From NCBI GenBank assembly GCA_963805085.1, contig CAWDTA010000005.1, positions 64,001 through 128,000 on the forward strand: DNA of 64,000 bases, written 5' to 3'. Below the pieces are notes generated by a model. The model worked only from the letters and a program-made list of their open reading frames with translations. It was not told the origin of the DNA and made no database searches. A program made the position numbers and the translations under genes. The DNA is from an uncultured Veillonellaceae bacterium. GTDB lineage: Bacteria > Bacillota > Negativicutes > JARBTT01. Positions 60,762-64,000 of the stretch are shown here, in pieces (positions within the stretch are counted from its first letter, which is position 1; the number at the start of each line of letters is the position of its first letter).

Positions 60762-61793
60762 ATGGGGTTAATAAAGATGATTGATGCAGATGAAATTCTA
60801 GTTCAACAATTGCTTTGTTTAAATCAACGGATTTGTAGCCACAAGTGTGCGAAGTGTCAAGCGGTATGTCCGCAAAATGCAATTGAAATGAATCAAAAAA
60901 CGGGCATAGTTACCTTGAACGGTGACTGTACAAATTGTGGTCTGTGCATAATAGAATGTCCAGCACAGGCAATTGGTTGGCAGAATATTATGCGATATTC
61001 TCTTAAAATTAACGACGGAGAAATAGAGATTTTTTGCACTGAAATAAAATGCGATGGTTATGCACCTTGTCTAGCTAATTTAAATGAATATGAATTAGCC
61101 TATTTAGCAGTTAAAGCAGAGGTGATTCTCTGTCTAGATCAGACCGCATGTGTAGAGTGTAGACCCAATATTGTCAAGCATCTTTATAAAATGGTGGAAC
61201 GTGTAAATTGTTTTTTAGCGAACCTTGATATCAAACCGATTACATTTTCCATGCGACAAAAAAAATCAGCAGAACAAATCAATCGCCGAGAATTGTTTAG
61301 CTTTGTATTAACAAAGTTAAAACAATCGATTTCTGAAGTTTTACCTATGGTTGAAAAACCATCAGATTATCGCAGTTTACTAGTAACTGAGTTGCAGCAG
61401 AGATTTACTGATGCGAAGGGAATGGCTGCTCCACTTTTTAAGGGGGCAAAAGGTTTTAATAACTGCACGATGTGTGGCACTTGTGTACGAGCATGTCGCA
61501 ATAAATCTTTGCAGATCGTAATGAATCAAGAAAAAAATCGCTCAGAATTGCTACATGATCAAACGCTCTGTACAGGGTGCAATGTTTGTTCGATCATTTG
61601 TCCAGAAAAAGCAATTGAAATTTCTGCAGGAAATAGCAGCTTAGAAAGTATCGGTAAAAATGAGCCGACACTAGTTATAGCAAAGCCACTAACGATTTGT
61701 GAAACATGTGGTAAAGCCATAATTGAAGAGGTTCAGGTGGTTTGTCAGGAATGTAGGCGGATACAAGATAAAAAGTTGCAAGATATTTATTAA
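60762..61793 (+). CDS. Polyferredoxin-like 4Fe-4S binding protein
   Basis: Multiple CxxCxxCxxxCP motifs. Confidence 0.88.
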   Translation: MGLIKMIDADEILVQQLLCLNQRICSHKCAKCQAVCPQNAIEMNQKTGIVTLNGDCTNCGLCIIECPAQAIGWQNIMRYSLKINDGEIEIFCTEIKCDGYAPCLANLNEYELAYLAVKAEVILCLDQTACVECRPNIVKHLYKMVERVNCFLANLDIKPITFSMRQKKSAEQINRRELFSFVLTKLKQSISEVLPMVEKPSDYRSLLVTELQQRFTDAKGMAAPLFKGAKGFNNCTMCGTCVRACRNKSLQIVMNQEKNRSELLHDQTLCTGCNVCSIICPEKAIEISAGNSSLESIGKNEPTLVIAKPLTICETCGKAIIEEVQVVCQECRRIQDKKLQDIY

Positions 61794-61889
61794 GTTGAAA
61801 CCGCGTACAAAAATTCTCCTATGTGATTTTTATCATTTCAATCATTCTATGATTTTGGTAAAATGATAAAATCGAATTTTACAATTTAA

Positions 61890-62010
61890 TCTATGCTCCG
61901 TGCAAAAATGTCTAAGGGCTACGCCTACGATGTTGCGCCTGAATGAGTTTTTCATTCACAGGGTAATGGGAGAAATACCATTGCCTTCCTAAGTTGAGAA
62001 GGAGAATTTG
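61890..62010 (+). ncRNA. Moco/Tuco riboswitch (molybdenum cofactor RNA motif)
   Basis: CTCCG...CTAAG...CAGGGT..GAAA..GCCTTCC...GAAGGAG pattern directly upstream of moe genes. Confidence 0.85.
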
Positions 62011-62031
62011 TCTATTTCATGTTTTGGCATG

Positions 62032-62080
62032 AAGGCTGTTTTCTTATACTCAATTTCGAGATAAAAAAGCAGCCTTTTTC
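62032..62080 (+). terminator. Leader terminator (riboswitch expression platform)
   Basis: AAGGCTGTTTT...AAAAGCAGCCTTTTT before the GAGGAG RBS. Confidence 0.65.
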
Positions 62081-62112
62081 TATGAAATTTGACTTGATGA
62101 GGAGTTTATAAA

Positions 62113-63138
62113 ATGAAAATCATAAAAACAGTAGATGCGGTTGGACATGTTTTGTGCCACGATATTACGCAGATTATTAAAGATATAACGAAAGATGTGC
62201 GTTTTCATAAAGGGCATATCGTAACAAAGGAGGACATTCCCGTTCTTTTGTCATTAGGAAAAGATCATCTGTATGTATGGGAAAAAAAAGAAGGTATGCT
62301 ACATGAAAATGAAGCGGCAGAAATTTTGCGAGAAATTTGTCAAAGTGAACATACGATAGCGTCAGAAGTCAAAGAAGGAAAAATTGAATTGTTTGCTGCT
62401 TGTGACGGTGTTTTGAAAATAGATATTGAAAGATTGAATAAAATCAATTGCTTAGATGAAATCATCATTGCCACGAGGCATAATAATACGCCGATAAAAA
62501 ACGGTGATAAATTAGCTGGCATGCGCGTTATTCCGCTAGTTGTTGCTGAAGAAAAAGTATCAGCGGCAAAAAAAATTGCCGGAGAAAAAAATATTTTAAA
62601 AGTATTGCCTTATCAAAACCTAAAAGTTGGAGTAGTTACCACAGGCAATGAAGTTTTTCATGGGCGAATTAAGGATACGTTTACACCAGTCATTGTCAAT
62701 AAATTAAAAACATATGGATTGGTTATGCAAGAGCATCTGCTCGTAAATGATGAACCGAAAAATATTACGAAAGCGATACGAGACCTTATTGGGAGTGAGA
62801 TGGAGCTGATTATATGCACAGGAGGCATGAGTGTTGATCCTGATGATATGACACCAGCAGCCATTAAAGCAACAGGAGCAGAAATTGTAACTTATGGGGT
62901 GCCTGTTTTGCCGGGAGCAATGTTTTTGTTAGCCTATGATAAAGGAAAGTTGCCGATTATGGGCTTACCGGGATGTGTAATGTATGCGAAGACGACGATT
63001 TTTGATTTGATCTTTCCTCGCATCGTAGCTGGAGAAAAGATCAATAAATTAGATTTAATGGGATTGGGCCATGGTGGGCTTTGCCTGGAGTGTACGGTAT
63101 GCACTTATCCAGCCTGTAGTTTTGGCAAGGGGGTATAA
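62113..63138 (+). CDS. Molybdopterin-binding protein (MoeA-like)
   Basis: VLCHDITQI, TTGNEV, TGGMSVDPDD, PVLPGAM, GLPGCVMY, C-terminal CLEC..C.YP.C. Confidence 0.9.
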   Translation: MKIIKTVDAVGHVLCHDITQIIKDITKDVRFHKGHIVTKEDIPVLLSLGKDHLYVWEKKEGMLHENEAAEILREICQSEHTIASEVKEGKIELFAACDGVLKIDIERLNKINCLDEIIIATRHNNTPIKNGDKLAGMRVIPLVVAEEKVSAAKKIAGEKNILKVLPYQNLKVGVVTTGNEVFHGRIKDTFTPVIVNKLKTYGLVMQEHLLVNDEPKNITKAIRDLIGSEMELIICTGGMSVDPDDMTPAAIKATGAEIVTYGVPVLPGAMFLLAYDKGKLPIMGLPGCVMYAKTTIFDLIFPRIVAGEKINKLDLMGLGHGGLCLECTVCTYPACSFGKGV

Positions 63139-63142
63139 GCGG

Positions 63143-64000
63143 ATGGTTGGTATTGAATTAGAAGAGGCAATTACACTGCTTTTAAAAAATGTAAAGGAAA
63201 GTCGTGCGACTGAAACTATCCCTTTATTGGACGCTGTTGGTAGAGTCGTTGCTGAAGATATCTCGGCGCCAATCGACAATCCACCGTTTGATCGTTCTCC
63301 CTTAGATGGGTATACTTTCATTGCAAAACCTAGTGAGTTTGCGACAAAAGAGGAACCGATAAAGTTTGAAATTGTTGGTGAAGTTTGTGCTGGTCAGGTT
63401 TTTACAGAAAAAATAGGCATGCAGCAGGCTGTGCGTATTATGACAGGAGCACCGATACCATGTCCTTGCGATTGTGTAGTAAGACAGGAAGAGGTAAAAG
63501 CGGATGAGCATCATGTCTGGATTCCTATGCCAATGAAACCTTATGAAAATTATTGCTTTAAAGGTGAGGATTTCAAACAAAATACTTTACTTATTTCGTC
63601 AGGAAGCTTATTAACCGCTGCGCATATTGCAGCTTTAGCTAGTATTGGTGAGAAAAATGTGACGGTTTATAAAAAAATTAAAGTTGCTATTTGCAGTACT
63701 GGCGATGAGCTAATGGATGTAGGGCAAGGATTAGCTGTGGGGAAAATTTATAATAGTAATCTATACCTACTCGCGGCAAGGTTAAAAGAGCTAGGTTTTG
63801 AACCGATTGTTTTAGGGATTGTTGAAGATCATGTTGAAGCAGTGGCAAAAGTGATTCGTCAGCAGAGTGATAAATTTGAGCTATTCTTGACCACAGGTGG
63901 CGTATCGGTCGGAAAAAAAGACATCATGCATGAAGTGATTGAGCGGCTATCGGCAAAAAGACTATTTTGGCGTGTCAATATGAAGCCAGGCACACCAATT
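63143..64000 (+). CDS. moeA: Molybdopterin molybdotransferase MoeA, runs off the window end
   Basis: GRVVAEDI..PPFDRSPLDGY, RIMTGAPIP, STGDEL, IYNSN, TTGGVSVG, MKPG. Confidence 0.93.
   Translation, partial: MVGIELEEAITLLLKNVKESRATETIPLLDAVGRVVAEDISAPIDNPPFDRSPLDGYTFIAKPSEFATKEEPIKFEIVGEVCAGQVFTEKIGMQQAVRIMTGAPIPCPCDCVVRQEEVKADEHHVWIPMPMKPYENYCFKGEDFKQNTLLISSGSLLTAAHIAALASIGEKNVTVYKKIKVAICSTGDELMDVGQGLAVGKIYNSNLYLLAARLKELGFEPIVLGIVEDHVEAVAKVIRQQSDKFELFLTTGGVSVGKKDIMHEVIERLSAKRLFWRVNMKPGTPI

Overview
AT-rich (roughly 35% GC by eye) chromosomal window from a Firmicute, most likely a spore-forming diderm Negativicute (Sporomusaceae/Selenomonadaceae-like). The basis is a YteA-like sporulation protein and a collagen-like spore-surface protein alongside an outer-membrane beta-barrel ending in Phe. 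The window is mostly accessory metabolism with much gene decay. Main blocks: (1) 1-9.8 kb, mixed enzymes and pseudogenes plus an unannotated type I toxin-antitoxin-like locus. (2) A MITE with a 31-bp target duplication and three unknown, possibly secreted proteins. (3) MarR-MFS and MarR-MATE pairs, a decayed ECF-sigma/dioxygenase/DoxX/desulforedoxin module sharing a new promoter motif, BirA-controlled bioH-bioC, and an OPT transporter. (4) A fructose-family PTS with two class II aldolases. (5) A ~12.5 kb anaerobic-respiration island: Tat-lipoprotein flavin reductase of non-fumarate type, pentaheme cytochrome c, ccmABCEF of CxxxY type, porin and chemoreceptor. It has a duplicated ~113-bp promoter and is bracketed by two decayed copies of a 60-aa Cys/His-rich peptide gene. 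(6) ROK-GPH pair, tRNA-Gly and tRNA-Leu, collagen-like protein. (7) A GntR(YtrA)-SPFH-phsAB/nrfD molybdoenzyme operon followed by a Moco riboswitch and moeA genes. All calls come from motif recognition by eye; no searches were run.
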